Assembly: GCF_036321535.1 (NCBI RefSeq)
Contig: NC_087437.1
Coordinates: 24,740,001-24,804,000 of the forward strand
Length of the DNA stretch: 64,000 nucleotides
DNA from: Camelus dromedarius
Taxonomy: Eukaryota
Reading direction: 5' to 3'
Shown here piece by piece: positions 62,265 to 64,000 of this stretch (positions are counted from its first letter, which is position 1; each line of letters opens with the position of its first letter). The notes beneath the pieces are model-generated. The model saw only the letters and a program-made list of their open reading frames with translations, ran no database searches and had not been told where the DNA came from. The position numbers and the translations under genes were made by a program.

Positions 62265-62570
62265 TGATGATTGCTGACGTTTACTGAGTGCTGTTCCAGT
62301 ATATTTGATTATATTCATTTATTTAATTTATTAATTTGTCAATTTATTTTCTATAGTATATATTAATTCATTGATTTATATTAATTTATTAAAATTTTAC
62401 CACAGTCCTATGAATCAGTTGTTATTAACCCCCTTTATACAGATGGAGAGATTGATCCATGAAAAAATGTAAATATCTTGCCCAAGTTTATACAACAGGA
62501 AAATGGCAGAGCTGGGACGGCACATAGGCTGTCTTACTCCAGCGTGTTCTCCCTTAATCGCTATGCTATA
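62265..62570 (-). mobile_element. MIR SINE with an internal AT-rich expansion
   Basis: tttactgagtgc...cccctttatacagatggagagattga...cttgcccaagtttatacaac...ggcagagctggga. Confidence 0.75.
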
Positions 62571-63878
62571 TGTATCCTAACCAGTATGAACAACTTTCTA
62601 TTTTATAATAGTGAAACACAGGAGAAATGAAGTCATTACAAAGTAGTTGCTATGGTGGGTCTTGTAGCAACTGAAAATTTTATGCAAAATCCTTTTTGAT
62701 CATCATCTTTCTTTTTTTTCCCACACGTAGCCCATTTGGTATTGAGTCCTTGTCTCTTGATCGTAAGTAATAAAATGGAGAGAGGAAACTCATCAAAAAA
62801 TGTTTGATAATGTCTCCCAATATCTGGTAAATGCTGCCCAGCCTCCGTGGTGGCAACCATGCTTTCATTTCTGTACCACTCACCGGATTTCCTTCCCTCT
62901 TCTTTATCCTATTTCTACCTCATCAAACTATACCAAAATTGCAGGTGAACATAGTTCTTTGGAAATTAGCTGTTTATACCTGTGCAAAATATTATTTCCT
63001 TCCGAGTACCCAATATCTCAAATTTCTGATCAGCTGCAGACCTAACTTTCAGAAATTTTCTCATATGTTTGAGTTTTATCTTTCTATTCTTGGTTCTGGA
63101 ATAGTATTTTTTTCCTCCTGCTTTTAAATCTCTGAACCATATGCCAAATCTCCATAACTCTATATATTGCTTAATAGTGTAGGGCATACATGTATCAAGA
63201 CTTAATTTGTTGGTGTTCTTTGAATATTTTATAGAGTTGCTTTATCAGCCAATGTCATATGTTCCTCTCTTAAAAAATATAAAGATATCTTTACATTTTA
63301 TCTCATTGTTTTTAGTTAATTACATTTGAGAAATTTAAGACTAACATTTCAGAAAATATTTTAAATGTTTTAAATATAGTAGGTTAAGCTATTAGAAAAT
63401 AGCTATATTCATAAATCATACACTTTCCAAATATTCTAACATAAAAATTCATTCCGTTGAGAAAAGGAGTTAAGAGATTTGAGGGTTTCAGGTCTGTAAG
63501 AAGGCTATATTTCCAGCAAAATTTAAAATAGCAAAATAGCTTTTATTATTGAAAGTTAGAATAATGATTCAAAAAAACAAATCTAGAAACTCTGAATCTT
63601 GAAGTACACTTGGACTGGACCAATGTGAGTGGGTTAAGATGACTAAAACAAAAATAAATTGCTGTATGGCTCACAACATCGACAGCAGACCGAAAAAGAC
63701 AGTGCTGAGAAGGCACCTATTATAATAAAACAGATGTTTATTCCTACAGTGGAGCAAAACAGCTTAAAAATGCTTTCAGTTCTATTTGCTGATTGCCATT
63801 ATGTTATAACCAACTGTGGTCCATACTGCATTTTTTAATTAATTGATTTAACATTTTAGAAAACAACTGTTGGTTTTT

Positions 63879-64000
63879 CAGTAGTGTTCTAGTTTGCAGT
63901 TGCTGATTGCTAAACTTTCAGGAACTTTGAGAATCAGTTGCTAAATCTCGCCATTATTGAAATTTAAGTGATATAAACTTACAGATAAATTGGGTCAGAA
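63879..64000. mobile_element. hAT-Tip100 (Arthur1-like) terminal fragment, cut by the window edge
   Basis: cagtagtgt...gattgctaaactttcaggaactttg...gccattattgaaatttaagtgatataaacttaca. Confidence 0.6.

Noticed and set aside
53159..64000. Two Arthur1-like ends forming one large composite transposon
   Set aside because: Both ends read inward in the same direction, so they are not paired termini.
1..64000. CRISPR arrays, operons or other prokaryotic systems
   Set aside because: The sequence is mammalian, with no spaced repeat arrays and no long ORFs.

Overview
This is AT-rich placental mammal genomic DNA, most likely from a camelid (camel, alpaca or llama). The taxon call rests on a tRNA-derived Vic-1-type SINE, artiodactyl-type L1 3' ends, and no Alu, B1/B2, SINEC or Bov-A/BovB elements that I could see. 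No recognisable protein-coding gene, RNA gene or prokaryotic system is present. The short ORFs in the track are mostly chance or repeat-derived; one is a decayed CR1/L3 reverse transcriptase. The window looks like the interior of a very large intron, probably of a + strand gene because base 1 starts GTAAGT, or else a gene desert. It is filled with ancient and lineage-specific repeats (MIR, L2, CR1, L1, MaLR/ERV1 LTRs, hAT elements), several nested with visible target-site duplications (TSDs). Between them lie repeat-poor blocks with homeodomain/TALE motif clusters that resemble conserved enhancers. The most notable items are a MER41-like solo LTR retaining tandem STAT/GAS motifs, a ~10 kb repeat-poor block with a near-ideal unannotated splice acceptor, a 48-nt frame-preserving exon candidate, a Pbx-Hox/Meis enhancer-like cluster and an orphan CpG-rich patch. 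Repeat family names come from remembered consensus sequences, not a database search, and boundaries without TSDs are approximate. I did not find a supportable novel biological system.
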